A stretch of DNA of 63,972 nucleotides, filler included, from Lama guanicoe (lineage: Eukaryota), in NCBI GenBank assembly GCA_013239625.1. It is 79 parts of 77 records of this genome, joined end to end, with 100 filler letters (N's around TTAATTAATTAA, not from the genome) between each part and the next. Parts side by side here need not be neighbours in the genome. Positions count along the whole stretch, not along the records: positions 12,763 to 13,262 come from PNXV01023070.1; positions 13,363 to 14,066 come from PNXV01023071.1; positions 14,167 to 15,010 come from MU056833.1; positions 15,111 to 15,899 come from PNXV01023076.1; positions 16,000 to 16,846 come from MU056834.1; positions 16,947 to 17,406 come from PNXV01023079.1; positions 17,507 to 18,065 come from PNXV01023080.1; positions 18,166 to 19,001 come from PNXV01023081.1; 71 more parts are not named here. One strand, given 5' to 3'. A program made the position numbers and the translations under genes. The notes under the pieces are model-generated. The model saw only the letters and a program-made list of their open reading frames with translations, did not search any database and was not told the origin of the DNA. Below are positions 12,663-25,163 of the stretch, piece after piece. The stretch's first letter is position 1, and the number at the start of each line of letters is the position of its first letter.

Positions 12663-12829
12663 NNNNNNNNNNNNNNNNNNNNNNNNNNNNNNNNNNNNNN
12701 NNNNNNTTAATTAATTAANNNNNNNNNNNNNNNNNNNNNNNNNNNNNNNNNNNNNNNNNNNNATGTGTGCATGTGTTCCCACCTTAGTGTATTGTTGTTG
12801 CTCAGGGACCATCCATCTGCCACAATCAC

Positions 12830-13244
12830 GTAGTGTTTTAAATTTAAGTTTCTTAGAAATGGCCAAAGCAAGAGGGACACTCTGACCCCCGCTCTATCTC
12901 CCTAAAAGCAGGAAATAAGCCTGTCATGTGAAAGGTTCAGAGGAGCATATAAACATAACTTGTAACTTTTTAAGTTTACAACCCCAAGCCCAAACTCTGT
13001 TCAGATTCTTCATTGAGTACCCAAAAGCTAAATTTCTGTGGCAATTCCTAATAAATTTATAGTTTTCTAGTTGTATAAAACCTGCCTGTTTTCACTACCT
13101 CTTACTTCCCATTTCTATGAGACTTGTGTGTGTAGGAATTAAAATTTCTTTTCTTTCTGTGGCTCTGTCTTGGGTTAGCTTTATTAGTAGTCCAGCCACA
13201 AGAAGTCAAGAAAGAGAGAGAGTGAAATTTCCCCCTTCCCAATA
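12830..13244 (+). mobile_element. ERV1-class solo LTR (MER34/MER39-like)
   Basis: TATA-like gtataaaa, attaaa followed by tttcttttctttctg...ctgtctt, and a 3' end aaatttcccccttcccaata typical of this LTR group. Confidence 0.5.
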
Positions 13245-13689
13245 GTATACACTCCTAATTACNNNNNNNNNNNNNNNNNNNNNNNNNNNNNNNNNNNNNN
13301 NNNNNNTTAATTAATTAANNNNNNNNNNNNNNNNNNNNNNNNNNNNNNNNNNNNNNNNNNNNGAAGCCAGGTAACTTGTAGCAGTGAATTGGTAAGTTTC
13401 TGTCAATGTCATCTCCTAGCACAGTAGCAGCTACTAGTCTCCAGCCTGCCATCACATGGTACGTGGTTTGACTGTGCTCCTGGAGCAGCTTGAGCATCTT
13501 GTGGGAAGCAAGGTGGGCAAAAAGAACCCTGTCCTTCAAATATCTGGCATCCGTGCTCTGATTGCTGCTGCTGATCACAGAGGTGAAGACAAAGAGGGGT
13601 CAGCCATTGCTGCTGCACCTCCCCCCATTGTTGCAAGCCCCTCACCCTCTAACTGAAGTGACTTACATGGGAATTAAAGGGCCAGCACT

Positions 13690-14066
13690 TCTCCACAAAC
13701 AATAAATGCTGGAGTGGGTGTGGAGAAAAGGGAGCCCTCCTACAAGTGTAGAAAACCCTCCTACACTGCTGGTGGGAATGTAATCTGGTGCAGCCGCTAT
13801 GGGAAGACAGTATGGAGACTCCTTAAAACACTAAAAATAGAGCTACCATATCATCCAGCAATCCCACCCCTGGGCATATATCTGGAGAAAACTCTAATTC
13901 AAAAAGACACCTGCACCCCAATGTTGGCAGCAGCACACTTTACAGTAGCCAAGACATGAAAGCAGCCTAAAAGCCCACCGATTGGACAAAGGAGATGTGA
14001 TGTGACACACACACACGCACACACACACAATGTAATACTATTCAGCCATAAAGAAGAATGAAGTAA
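13690..14066 (+). mobile_element. LINE-1 ORF2 C-terminus fragment
   Basis: Translates to ...[51 protein letters not shown]... Confidence 0.93.
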
Positions 14067-15110
14067 NNNNNNNNNNNNNNNNNNNNNNNNNNNNNNNNNN
14101 NNNNNNNNNNTTAATTAATTAANNNNNNNNNNNNNNNNNNNNNNNNNNNNNNNNNNNNNNNNNNNNTAAGAAAGGACAGTAGAAAAGAGGATGAGGAGGA
14201 GAATGATATAGAGTAATTTAAAAAAATAACAAAAAAACAATGTGTATGTTTTCTTTCCTCTTTTTCATAATTTTATGTGCTTTTATTGTTTTCAGAGTAA
14301 GCCACACAGTAAAGGAAAACCCACATTCTATTGCTGAATACTCAATCATGCTTTGAAATTAGCCATGGTTTAAACTGTGTGGGATAGCAGAATAATTCAG
14401 TGGACTTGAGCTCAGTTCTAGTCCTACCCCGACATTTGCCATCTGAAATGAGCTGGGGAAGCCTCCCTGAAACTCATTTTCTTCAACAGGAAATTGAACA
14501 TGATAATAATTCCCTGTTAGTGTCAATGTAAATTTTGAATTTCTTTTTTTAAATGCAATCTTTTCTTGAGGTGAGTAGGGGCCAAGGTAATTTGGTCTGT
14601 TTTTTTNNNNNNNNNNNNNNNNNNNNNNNNNNNNNNNNNNNNNNNNNNNNNNNNNNNNNNNNNNNNNNNNNNNNNNNNNNNNNNNNNNNNNNNNNNNNNN
14701 NNNNNNNNNNNNNNNNNNNNNNNNNNNNNNNNNNNNNNNNNNNNNNNNNNNNNNNNNNNNNNNNNNNNNNNNNNNNNNNNNNNNNNNNNNNNNNNNNNNN
14801 NNNNNNNNNNNNNNNNNNNNNNNNNNNNNNNNNNNNNNNNNNNNNNNNNNNNNNNNNNNNNNNNNNNNNNNNNNNNNNNNNNNNNNNNNNNNNNNNNNNN
14901 NNNNNNNNNTATGCAAATACGTCTAGATTGTTTAAAACTTCAGGGATGTCAAAAAATTTCGGTTGCATCTTGCTGATATTTGTTTTTTGACAAAATTAAG
15001 AGTTTAAAAANNNNNNNNNNNNNNNNNNNNNNNNNNNNNNNNNNNNNNNNNNNNTTAATTAATTAANNNNNNNNNNNNNNNNNNNNNNNNNNNNNNNNNN
15101 NNNNNNNNNN

Positions 15111-15899
15111 CTAATGTCTCTGTGCCAGGGAATGCTACGCGGGTTTGCAGGCAATCCCAGTGTCAGAGGCTGCCTCCCCAAGGTCAGTTAAGGTTTTTCT
15201 CGGCCTTCCCCGTTCAGGGAACACCTGTGACTGAAGAGAGCTGCGTGGAGTTGTCTCTCGAGCTCCCCCACGCACTGACACTAGGAATCCTGAGCGTGGG
15301 GAGGTTCCACCAACCGTCGGCAGCGCGTGGGTTCTATCAGAATGCCTAAGCACGACTCCCATGGGTTTATTCCTAATGTCTCTGTGCCAGGGAATGCTAG
15401 GGGGGTTGCAGGCAAACCCAGTGACAGAGGCTGCCTCAACAAAGTCAGGGAAGGTATTTCTCGGACTTCCCCTTTCAGGGAAAACCTGTGACTGAAGAGA
15501 ACTGCGTGGAGTTGTCTCTCGAGCTCCCCCATGCACTGACAATGGTTCCGGAATCCTGAGTGTGGGGAGGTTCCACAAACGGTTGGCAGCGCTTAGGTTC
15601 TAACGAAATGCCCAAGCTCGACTCCCCTGGGTTTTTTCCTAATGTCTCTGTGCCAGGGAATGCTAGGGGGGTTGCAGGCAAACCCAGTGACAGAGGCTGC
15701 CTCAACAAAGTCAGGGAAGGTATTTCTCGGACTTCCCCGTTCAGGGAACACCTGTGACTGAAGAGAGCTGCGTGGAGTTGTCTCTCGAGCTCCCCCACGC
15801 TTTGACAATGGTTCCGGAATCCTGAGTGTGGGGAGGTTCCACAAACGGTTGGCAGCGCTTAGGTTCTAACGAAATGCCCAAGCTCGACTCCCCTGGGTT
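15111..15899 (-). repeat. ~266-267 bp GC-rich satellite, about 3 monomers
   Basis: ctaatgtctctgtgccagggaatgcta starts at 15111, 15373 and 15639 (spacings 262 and 266). Confidence 0.95.
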
Positions 15900-15999
15900 N
15901 NNNNNNNNNNNNNNNNNNNNNNNNNNNNNNNNNNNNNNNNNNNTTAATTAATTAANNNNNNNNNNNNNNNNNNNNNNNNNNNNNNNNNNNNNNNNNNNN

Positions 16000-16846
16000 C
16001 TTTGAGATGTAAATGATCTACCTGGGTTCTCAAGGAAAAAGGCTTTTTAAAACTCAGGCAGAAAAATTGTGAGATCTCTGCCTCTGTCTTTCTTTAGGTA
16101 AAAATTAACGTGTAAAAGAGCTCTATTTGACTTAAAAGTAAGCACTTACAAATTAAATACCTCTAAGTCTAAAAGAAGCTAGACAACAAATTTTAGGCTC
16201 ATGTGATCTAGGAAATATTCAATATTAAATTAATTTTTGATATTAAAGCTAGCTTAAGCTGGTTGATATAATCAACACGGACATGTCTTTTATTGTACCT
16301 GAGTTTACCGAAGGTCAGTAGGTTTGTTTCTCTTGCAGAGTTTGTCAGAAAGAAAGAAAAAAAATCAATTAACTTGGTATGACAAACTCTTATAAGTAAA
16401 TTAAATGCAAATAACAGAAGACTTTTTGAATGAACTCATTGGATATAATCCTGTTTTAGGAATGTCTATTTAAAAATAGTCTCTCCAGATACTTGGTAAC
16501 TTGAAATTTTTTTTTTTAATTTTAAAGTTGTGCTAACTTAAGTTAAATGATGGAAATTTGTTGAATAGCTAAATCATTCACAAACAAAATAAGAACATTA
16601 TTTACTGAACAATGGTTTCCCATTATAGAGAAGCTAAAAGTGTTTAGGACTTTATTAAATATGTTTGGTGCCACACTGAAATATTTTCTATAAAAAGTAC
16701 ACGTTTTTAGAAGTTATGATTGGTATTTACGTTTGCCATATCTACAGGATGCTAATGTAGAAGGCAATCCATATGCATGCTTCGTTGTTTTCACCAGAGA
16801 TTAAAGTTTTTAAGAGTTGAGGATTCTAATTTATATATGTCATTAA
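16000..16846 (+). mobile_element. Probable non-coding internal region of a non-autonomous ERV1 (MER4-group-like)
   Basis: AT-rich sequence with no ORF; motifs (tttgagatgtaaat, ttggtaacttgaaa, aagttgtgctaa) resemble ERV1 internal sequences. Assigned from memory only. Confidence 0.4.
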
Positions 16847-17749
16847 NNNNNNNNNNNNNNNNNNNNNNNNNNNNNNNNNNNNNNNNNNNNTTAATTAATT
16901 AANNNNNNNNNNNNNNNNNNNNNNNNNNNNNNNNNNNNNNNNNNNNAGCGCTGTTGCGACCGGCTCCATTGTGAGCACTCCCGTGCCCAGCTCCCTGAGG
17001 AGCAGAGGTCCCACCACAGAAGCAGAGACCCCCCAGGAGCAGAGCTCCCCCCACAGGCACTGCAGTGCCTGCAAGAATCAGGTGTCTGATGAGTGAGCCT
17101 GGGGCGGGCAAGACAGGAAGCAAGCACCGCTCCCTCAAGCTCTGCAGGTGATCTCTGTGTCATCTTGAATAAATACAGTCAGCATTAAAGATGTTTGACA
17201 AGAGGGTAAAGGGTAAGGCCTCCCCAAATCTCCAAGCATTCTTTTAGTGGGAGTCCTGTTAGAACACATGGTGACAAGAGACGCTGGCTTTACATGCGCA
17301 CGTTGCCAGGTGCTGCCTCTGCCTCACCTCCTGCCCTCGTCCCCCAGACCTCACAGCGGCCGCTGACTCGTTTCTCTGACTTTCTCTCCTTGGTTGTGCT
17401 GCTCTTNNNNNNNNNNNNNNNNNNNNNNNNNNNNNNNNNNNNNNNNNNNNTTAATTAATTAANNNNNNNNNNNNNNNNNNNNNNNNNNNNNNNNNNNNNN
17501 NNNNNNCTCCTCTCCTTCACCTTTAAAATGAGGATGATAAGTGATCTTTAATGAATAATTCTGAGTTTATACTCGACAATGTATTTGGATAAATTTTGCA
17601 CAATTTTAAGTATTAGTCCATTTTGGTCCTATTTGGTCTTCTTGTGATTTTTATCATATGGATAAATGTCATGATTTTATGAACATAAATAATCTTTGCC
17701 AATGTTAGAAAGTTGATTGTTCATCACTACTGATTCCATGGGCATTAAT

Positions 17750-17945
17750 AGTATAATACAGAAATACTATGAACAACTCTTTGCCCACAAATTTGGTAAC
17801 TTAGATGATATGAACTAATGTCTTGATAGACACAATCTACAAAAGCATACAAAGAGGAAAAAGATGACCTGAATGGCCGTTTGCCAATGAAAGAATTATA
17901 ATTAGTAATTAATAAACTTCCAAAAACAAAAGCACCAATACTGGA
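17750..17945 (+). mobile_element. Old LINE-1 ORF2 fragment
   Basis: gaaatactatgaacaactctttgcccacaaatttggtaacttagatga...aataaacttccaaaaacaaaagcacca (YYEQL.AHKF.NLD). Confidence 0.85.
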
Positions 17946-18914
17946 AAAGAAACCCAATAAGACGTTGTAGGATACTTATCAGAGGCAGAAAAAAGAAAAG
18001 GAGTATCTGAGATTTGAGGGAATAAAAGAGAAAAGTGAACATTTTTCCCTAAATGGGAGTATAGANNNNNNNNNNNNNNNNNNNNNNNNNNNNNNNNNNN
18101 NNNNNNNNNTTAATTAATTAANNNNNNNNNNNNNNNNNNNNNNNNNNNNNNNNNNNNNNNNNNNNAATGAAGAACCTGTTGTTTGCTCTGAGGAGAGCCA
18201 AAACAAGTTTAATGGATTTAATTTCCCAAAAGAATTTCAAATTATAAAAGCCACTCGTTAGGCAATGAGGTTTTGAAATCACTTACTATGAGGGATGTTC
18301 GAGGATAGTGGAGTGGTTAACTTTCAGAAGAGAACACAGGGATTTTCTTCAAATACATAGAAGAGTGATTAGATTTATTCTGAATGTATCTTATGGTCAC
18401 AGAGGGGTCAGGAGTAGAAACAATACCTGGACAATACAGCAATTTCAGCTTCATACAAGAAATAAAATTTTAATAAATGGAGCTGTAATTGGATGTCTCA
18501 ATATGTTGAGTTGTCCATTCTGAGAAAGTTAAAAATAGACCAAATATTAATGTCACCCTGAATATTGCAGTAGATAAACCCCCAGGTGGGAAGTTGAGCC
18601 AAATAAACTCCATGGTTCCTTCTAAAGTTGAGGTTTCATGAATTCTGATGAGATTTTTCTACACTCAAGATGGCAGTTGCAGCTAGATGCCGGCCCCATG
18701 ATTTGTAGGTATAGAATGGTTTGGGAGCTTTCCATTTTACATCCCAACCAAAGTCTTAACGTTTCCATCAGTTATTTAAAAAAAAAAAACCTGCCTGATT
18801 TATTACAACATATACAACATCTCCTAACTTAATCAACGCACTGAAGAGATTATTCACCACCTGTAAATATCTCTTTTTCCATTATTGGATTATTGCTCCT
18901 ATTAGACATTGTTT

Positions 18915-18990
18915 TCTTAGTGTGATGAACTTGGGCAAGTCATCTCACTTTTCTGTGTCTCAGTTTCGTCATCTATAAAATGAAGGATCT
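18915..18990 (+). mobile_element. MIR SINE core
   Basis: aacttgggcaagtca...tctgtgtctcagtttcgtcatctataaaatg. Confidence 0.75.
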
Positions 18991-20678
18991 AGGTTCCAAT
19001 TNNNNNNNNNNNNNNNNNNNNNNNNNNNNNNNNNNNNNNNNNNNNTTAATTAATTAANNNNNNNNNNNNNNNNNNNNNNNNNNNNNNNNNNNNNNNNNNN
19101 NATACTTGGAAATGTAGTTACTTTTGGAGAAAGTATACTATTTTGGATGAATATTTCTTTCTTCTGTAACTGAAATCGTACAAAATCATATCATTATTTA
19201 ACTGCTATTCTAATTTTCATTTCAATTACCAACGAAGTTGTTCTTTCCAGCGGTGATCTTCCCGATTCGTGTCCTATATGTTGGCTTTATATTTATTTTC
19301 TGTTTTCCTATTGGGCTATTTTTCTTTTCTACGCTTTTTCTTTGATCACATAAGATAAGTTATGATCACATAAGATAACCAGACATGAGGAGTGAATAGA
19401 TAACTATCCATCTATCTATGTATAACTAAATCTATATATATATACACATGTATGTGTATATCTCTCCACAGGTGTGCCTGATGGAGCCACCTTGCTGGCA
19501 GTGGGCTTGCAGCACCCTTCACATCCCCTAAATAGTCACGGGGTCACTGGCAGCTGAAAGAGCAGATGAGGTGTGGTTCACCCTGAAGGCCTCCTCTCTC
19601 TCCATTTTTCTGTAAACGTCTATGTCCTGGCCGTGCTGTTCTTTCTAGAAGGACATACTCTGTACTTCTCACATGTTTCGCACATATTTTTGAAAANNNN
19701 NNNNNNNNNNNNNNNNNNNNNNNNNNNNNNNNNNNNNNNNTTAATTAATTAANNNNNNNNNNNNNNNNNNNNNNNNNNNNNNNNNNNNNNNNNNNNCGCT
19801 GCCCTTGGGTCCACACAGTCAGAACTACAATGGATCAGGGACATGGATCTTGTGCAAATGCAAGGAGTATGAATACCTGCCATTTTATGATCTCAAGGAG
19901 TATGAAAAACATGTGAAGCTTCCATTAGCAGAGACCTGCTTTCACTTCCAGTATTTCCCTCATGGCATGTCCACAGCTTCACTGGTCCTATTCAGAATGA
20001 AGACGACAGTTAGCACCTGCTGACCCCTGAATCAGTGGTAGGTTCTCCCTTGAAAGGAAACGTATACCCTTCATGGGTTACAACTAGTACATATTTTAAG
20101 TAATTCTATAGACGTAGAAGGGCTATTTTCATTGGTTCTGCTATCACAGACTTGTCTCCAAGACAACATGCCACCAGTTACTCCATTTTCACCCATTTAA
20201 AGATATACTAAACAGGCTTCCTTCTTTAGTGCAGTTTTAGGTTTACAGAAAAATTCACAGAAAGTGGAGTTCCCATATATTCCCTNNNNNNNNNNNNNNN
20301 NNNNNNNNNNNNNNNNNNNNNNNNNNNNNNNNNNNNNNNNNNNNNNNNNNNNNNNNNNNNNNNNNNNNNNNNNNNNNNNNNNNNNNNNNNNNNNNNNNNN
20401 NNNNNNNNNNNNNNNNNNNNNNNNNNNNNNNNNNNNNNNNNNNNNNNNNNNNNNNNNNNTTATGTGAGCAGCACATGCATGTTGTCGGTTTAAGCGTGGG
20501 TTGGGGGCAAATGTTCTGTGTAAGAATATGATCGTTAGTGAGTCTCATGCTGCTGGGTTTTTGGGTTGTCAGGTCCTGNNNNNNNNNNNNNNNNNNNNNN
20601 NNNNNNNNNNNNNNNNNNNNNNTTAATTAATTAANNNNNNNNNNNNNNNNNNNNNNNNNNNNNNNNNNNNNNNNNNNN

Positions 20679-21455
20679 CTGTGTTCAACATTCTATATTG
20701 TAAATTTTATATTAAGTATTCTGTATTGTATATTCTAAATCGTGTGTTCTGTTTTGCGTGTTCTAATCTCTGGGTCTATATTCTCTTTTCTATATTCAAA
20801 ATTCTGTGTTCTACATTCTATATTCTAAATTCTGTATTCAGTATTCGTTACTCTATATTCTAAATTCTGTGATGTACATTCTATATTCGAAATTTTATAT
20901 TCAGTATTCTGTTTTCTCTATTCTATATTCTGAGTTCTGCATTCCATGTTCTCATTTCTGGGTTTTGTATTCTGTTTTCCATCTTCTNNNNNNNNNNNNN
21001 NNNNNNNNNNNNNNNNNNNNNNNNNNNNNNNNNNNNNNNNNNNNNNNNNNNNNNNNNNNNNNNNNNNCATTGTATATTCTTAATTCTATATTCAGTATTC
21101 TGTATTCTATATTCTAAATTCTGTGTTCTACATTGTATATTCATATTCTATATACAATATTCTGTATTCTATATTCTAAATTCTGTGTTTTGCATTCCAT
21201 ATTCTAAATTGTGGGTTCTATATTCGATACTCTATATTCTCTATTCTGTGTTCTAAATTCTATATTCTAAATTCTATATTCAGTATTCCGTATTCTATAT
21301 TCTATACTCTGTGTTCAACATTCTATATTGTATATTTTATATTAAGTATTCTGAATCCTATATTCTAAATTCTGTGTTCTGCTTTCCGTGTTCTAAGTTC
21401 TGTGTGTATTTTCTCTATTCTATATTCTATATTCTGTGTTCTACATTCTATATTC
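20679..21455 (-). repeat. 7-bp AGAATAT satellite
   Basis: attctatattctaaattctgtgttct repeats. Confidence 0.95.
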
Positions 21456-21555
21456 NNNNNNNNNNNNNNNNNNNNNNNNNNNNNNNNNNNNNNNNNNNNT
21501 TAATTAATTAANNNNNNNNNNNNNNNNNNNNNNNNNNNNNNNNNNNNNNNNNNNN

Positions 21556-22100
21556 TTAGGAAAAAACCCAGGGGAGTCGAGCTTAGGCATTCCTTAGAAC
21601 CCACACGCTGCCGACCGTTGGTGGAACCTCCTCAAGCTAGGAATCCGGAACCATTGTCAGTGCGTGGGGGAGCACGAGAGACAACTCCACGTTCCTCTCT
21701 TCAGTCACAGGTGTTCCCTTAACGGGGAAGTCCGATAAATACCTTCACTGACCTTGGGGAGGCAGGCTCTGTCACTGGGATTGTCTGCAAAACCCCTAGC
21801 ATTCCCTGGCACAGAGACATTAGGAAAAAAACCAGGGGAGACGAGCTTAGGCATTCAGTTAGAACCCACGCGCTGCCGACGTTTGGTGGAACCTCCAAAC
21901 GCTCAGGATTCCGGAAATATTGCCAGTGCGTGGGGAGCTCGAGAGACAACTCCACGCAGCTCTCTTCAGTCACAGGAGTTCCCTGTTAGGGGGAATTCTG
22001 GATAAATACCTTCCCTGACCTTGGGGAGGAAGACTCAGTCCCTGGGATTGTCTGCAAACCCCACTAGCATTCCCTGGCACAGAGACATTAGGAAAAAACC
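21556..22100 (+). repeat. ~266-267 bp satellite, about 2 monomers
   Basis: Reverse complement of the 15111 family: tagcattccctggcacagagacattagg, gagagacaactccacg. Confidence 0.95.
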
Positions 22101-23859
22101 NNNNNNNNNNNNNNNNNNNNNNNNNNNNNNNNNNNNNNNNNNNNTTAATTAATTAANNNNNNNNNNNNNNNNNNNNNNNNNNNNNNNNNNNNNNNNNNNN
22201 CCAATGTTGGCATTTCAAGGGGTAACATCCCTCTCTAGGAAATTACAAGTGGAAAGAAACCAAAATATACATTTAGGTTTGAATCCAAAAGCACCTATAG
22301 GCATTATAGCTACGAGAACCCTGCTGCAGTTATGCTAGTCTATTGAGAACCAGGTGTTCTTCTATCAGTGATGAGAACGCTTAATCATCCGATCATGTTG
22401 GGTAAAGCCATTTAACGCAACCAAGTCTGCACCCCCATGATTTAACCCCCGGGGGCTTGACTCAAGTGAAAGACCATCCACATAAGCTGTGTCTTTAATG
22501 TCATTGGCGACTTTTACAGTACAGTTCACTTTCTGACTTGTACTATTTACCTATATAATGTCTTTAAAATCTGAGGCCTAATACAGATTCAAGTTCAAAG
22601 ATTGCCCTCACTTACCACACTCCCTTCACCCCAGGGAAGACATAAACACCACATTTGCTGAATCTAGCGGAAGGCCATCGTTTCTAGGTGTGAGCTAATT
22701 ATTCAATTCCTATCTATTTCAGCCNNNNNNNNNNNNNNNNNNNNNNNNNNNNNNNNNNNNNNNNNNNNNNNNNNNNNNNNNNNNNNNNNNNNNNNNNNNN
22801 NNNNNNNNNNNNNNNNNNNNNNNNNNNNNNNNNNNNNNNNNNNNNNNNNNNNNNNNNNNNNNNNNNNNNNNNNNNNNNNNNNNNNNNNNNNNNNNNNNNN
22901 NNNNNNNNNNNNNNNNNNNNNNNNNNNNNNNNNNNNNNNNNNNNNNNNNNNNNNNNNNNNNNNNNNNNNNNNNNNNNNNNNNNNNNNNNNNNNNNNNNNN
23001 NNNNNNNNNNNNNNNNNNNNNNNNNNNNNNNNNNNNNNNNNNNNNNNNNNNNNNNNNNNNNNNNNNNNNNNNNNNNNNNNNNNNNNNNNNNNNNNNNNNN
23101 NNNNNNNNNNNNNNNNNNNNNNNNNNNNNNNNNNNNNNNNNNNNNNNNNNNNNNNNNNNNNNNNNNNNNNNNNNCTACAGCTGTCTCCACGCCAGTATTC
23201 TCCATTGTAGCAGAACATCTCTCATCCATGTGTTCGCATCTCTCCTCAATTCGTGCAGCCAGCTTTTGGGCCAGCTTCTCTTCGTGTCTCCCATAAAGTC
23301 GACTTTGCCAGGGCTGGNNNNNNNNNNNNNNNNNNNNNNNNNNNNNNNNNNNNNNNNNNNNTTAATTAATTAANNNNNNNNNNNNNNNNNNNNNNNNNNN
23401 NNNNNNNNNNNNNNNNNTTACAAACTGCAAAAATTAAGGCTTAGCAAAATCTTTTCAGTCGCTGAAAACTGTAGACTCTAAGATACATCAAGAGATACAG
23501 AACACACAAAGAAGAAAGACGTGACATTTTTATTTGTACCTGGGATGCAGCTGGACATCTTGAGGGATTTACTCAAGATGGAACAGGAGATGGAAGAGGA
23601 GGAGGAGGTGGAGGAGGAGGAAGAGGNNNNNNNNNNNNNNNNNNNNNNNNNNNNNNNNNNNNNNNNNNNNTTAATTAATTAANNNNNNNNNNNNNNNNNN
23701 NNNNNNNNNNNNNNNNNNNNNNNNNNCTTATTCTTGATCTCCTCACTTTTAAATGTTTACATTATAAAGAAAAAAATGGAACATTATCTAGCCTCCCAGA
23801 ATACTCTAATTTTTGTGATTCGTTATTTTTGTGACTCATAGATTATGTCATGTATATAT

Positions 23860-24128
23860 ACACACATTGTTTTACTGCACTGTGCAGATATATTTTTTAC
23901 AAATGGGAGGTTTGTGGCAATCCTACATGAAGTAAATCTATTGGTGACATTTTTTGAACCGTATTTGCACCCTTTATGTCTTGTGTCACCTTTTGGTAAT
24001 TCTCACAATATTTCAAACTCTTTCATATTATTATATGTGTTATGGTGACTTGTGATTAATGACCTTTGATGCTTTGATGTTACTACTATGACTCACTGAA
24101 GGCTTAGATGATGGCTTTTAGCAATAAT
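23860..24128 (+). mobile_element. Internally deleted Tigger1 derivative (Tigger1a-like)
   Basis: Tigger1 5' sequence (ttttacaaatgggaggtttgtggcaatcc...ttttggtaattctcacaatatttcaaact) joined directly to 3'-end sequence (gactcactgaaggcttagatgat). Confidence 0.75.
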
Positions 24129-24129
24129 A

Positions 24130-24269
24130 ATTAAAGTACAGTCAATTACAATGTATCACTTTTTGGTGTACAGCATAATGTCCCAGCCTTGCATATACAT
24201 ACATATATTCATCTTCATATTTTTTTCCATTAAAGGTAACTACAAGATATTGAGCATAGTTCCTTGTGG
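24130..24269 (-). mobile_element. LINE-1 3' end, antisense, abutting the Tigger1 derivative
   Basis: aagtacagtcaattacaatgtatca...ggtgtacagcataatgtcccag is the reverse complement of the L1 3' UTR seen at 2405-2697. Confidence 0.85.
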
Positions 24270-25163
24270 NNNNNNNNNNNNNNNNNNNNNNNNNNNNNNN
24301 NNNNNNNNNNNNNTTAATTAATTAANNNNNNNNNNNNNNNNNNNNNNNNNNNNNNNNNNNNNNNNNNNNTGCCATGATCCCACCACAGGCAGTACGGAGA
24401 ATTCTCAGCTCCAGCAGGGCCCAAAGTTTAAGAAGGAAAAATAAGAAATGCATAAGAGGACTGTGTCCCAGGTTCCATCCTTGGAGACCCCCACAGTTCC
24501 TTTGACCCTATTACCTACTCTAAGATCCTTCCAAGAAATCCTTTGTGCTCCAGTAATTTCTTTGAGCTATATGAAATCCCCATTTCTGTAAATCAAAAGT
24601 GGTCTCATCCATTGGCTACTGGCAACTTCAATTGGTTACAACTGACAGGTCACGTCCAGTTTATGCCATTTGGAACCTAAAGAGTCGCTGGGACTAAACT
24701 GCCAGTACTGAATGAGACTTTCAAACCATGTGACAGAAACAGGAAAAAAAAACTTTATTACCTAAAATTGATCATTGCTGGTAAACAAGATATACAGACA
24801 TACGTACACACATGCTTTTAAGTTTACACACAGCATGAATCCCATGTGCTGAGTAAAACTACCAGCAATGCAGTGTTTCAGAATCACGTGGAAGAGCAGA
24901 TCGCTGGGAACACAGGATCTGGAATCACACTGTCAGGGTTCAGCTCAAAGTAACAAGTTCTCAAAATTTTTAATTGAAAATTTTATTGAGATGCTTATAG
25001 ATTCACACACAGTTGTAAGAAATTATAGATATTCTGAGTACCCTTTACTCAGGTTTTCTGCAANNNNNNNNNNNNNNNNNNNNNNNNNNNNNNNNNNNNN
25101 NNNNNNNTTAATTAATTAANNNNNNNNNNNNNNNNNNNNNNNNNNNNNNNNNNNNNNNNNNNN

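Noticed and set aside
13363..13660. Possible processed pseudogene (SSSNQSTDARYLKDRVLFAHLASHKMLKLLQEH...)
   Set aside because: It looks protein-like, but I cannot assign it to a family and see no splice or poly(A) support. BLASTX would be needed.
15592..15610. CENP-B box in the 266-bp satellite (minus strand TTCGTTAGAACCTAA)
   Set aside because: Only the left half resembles TTCGTTGGAARCGGGA. The required CGGG is missing, and other monomers lack the TTCG.
15122..15844. Recurrent peptides (GGARETTPRSSLQSQVFP) suggesting a multigene family
   Set aside because: They are translations of the 266-bp satellite. The period is not consistently a multiple of three and stops vary between copies.
16947..17100. 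Ig/TCR recombination-signal heptamer (cattgtg / CACAATG)
   Set aside because: There is no YYC motif before it and no FGxG/WGxG after it, and no nonamer is visible.
19805..20023. 72-aa ORF containing YEYLPFYDLKEYEKHVKLP
   Set aside because: No recognisable family; part of the pattern comes from a local duplication of caaggagtatgaa.
22201..22724. Possible mitochondrial insertion (NUMT) or viral fragment
   Set aside because: I could not identify any mitochondrial tRNA, control-region block or viral ORF motif on either strand.
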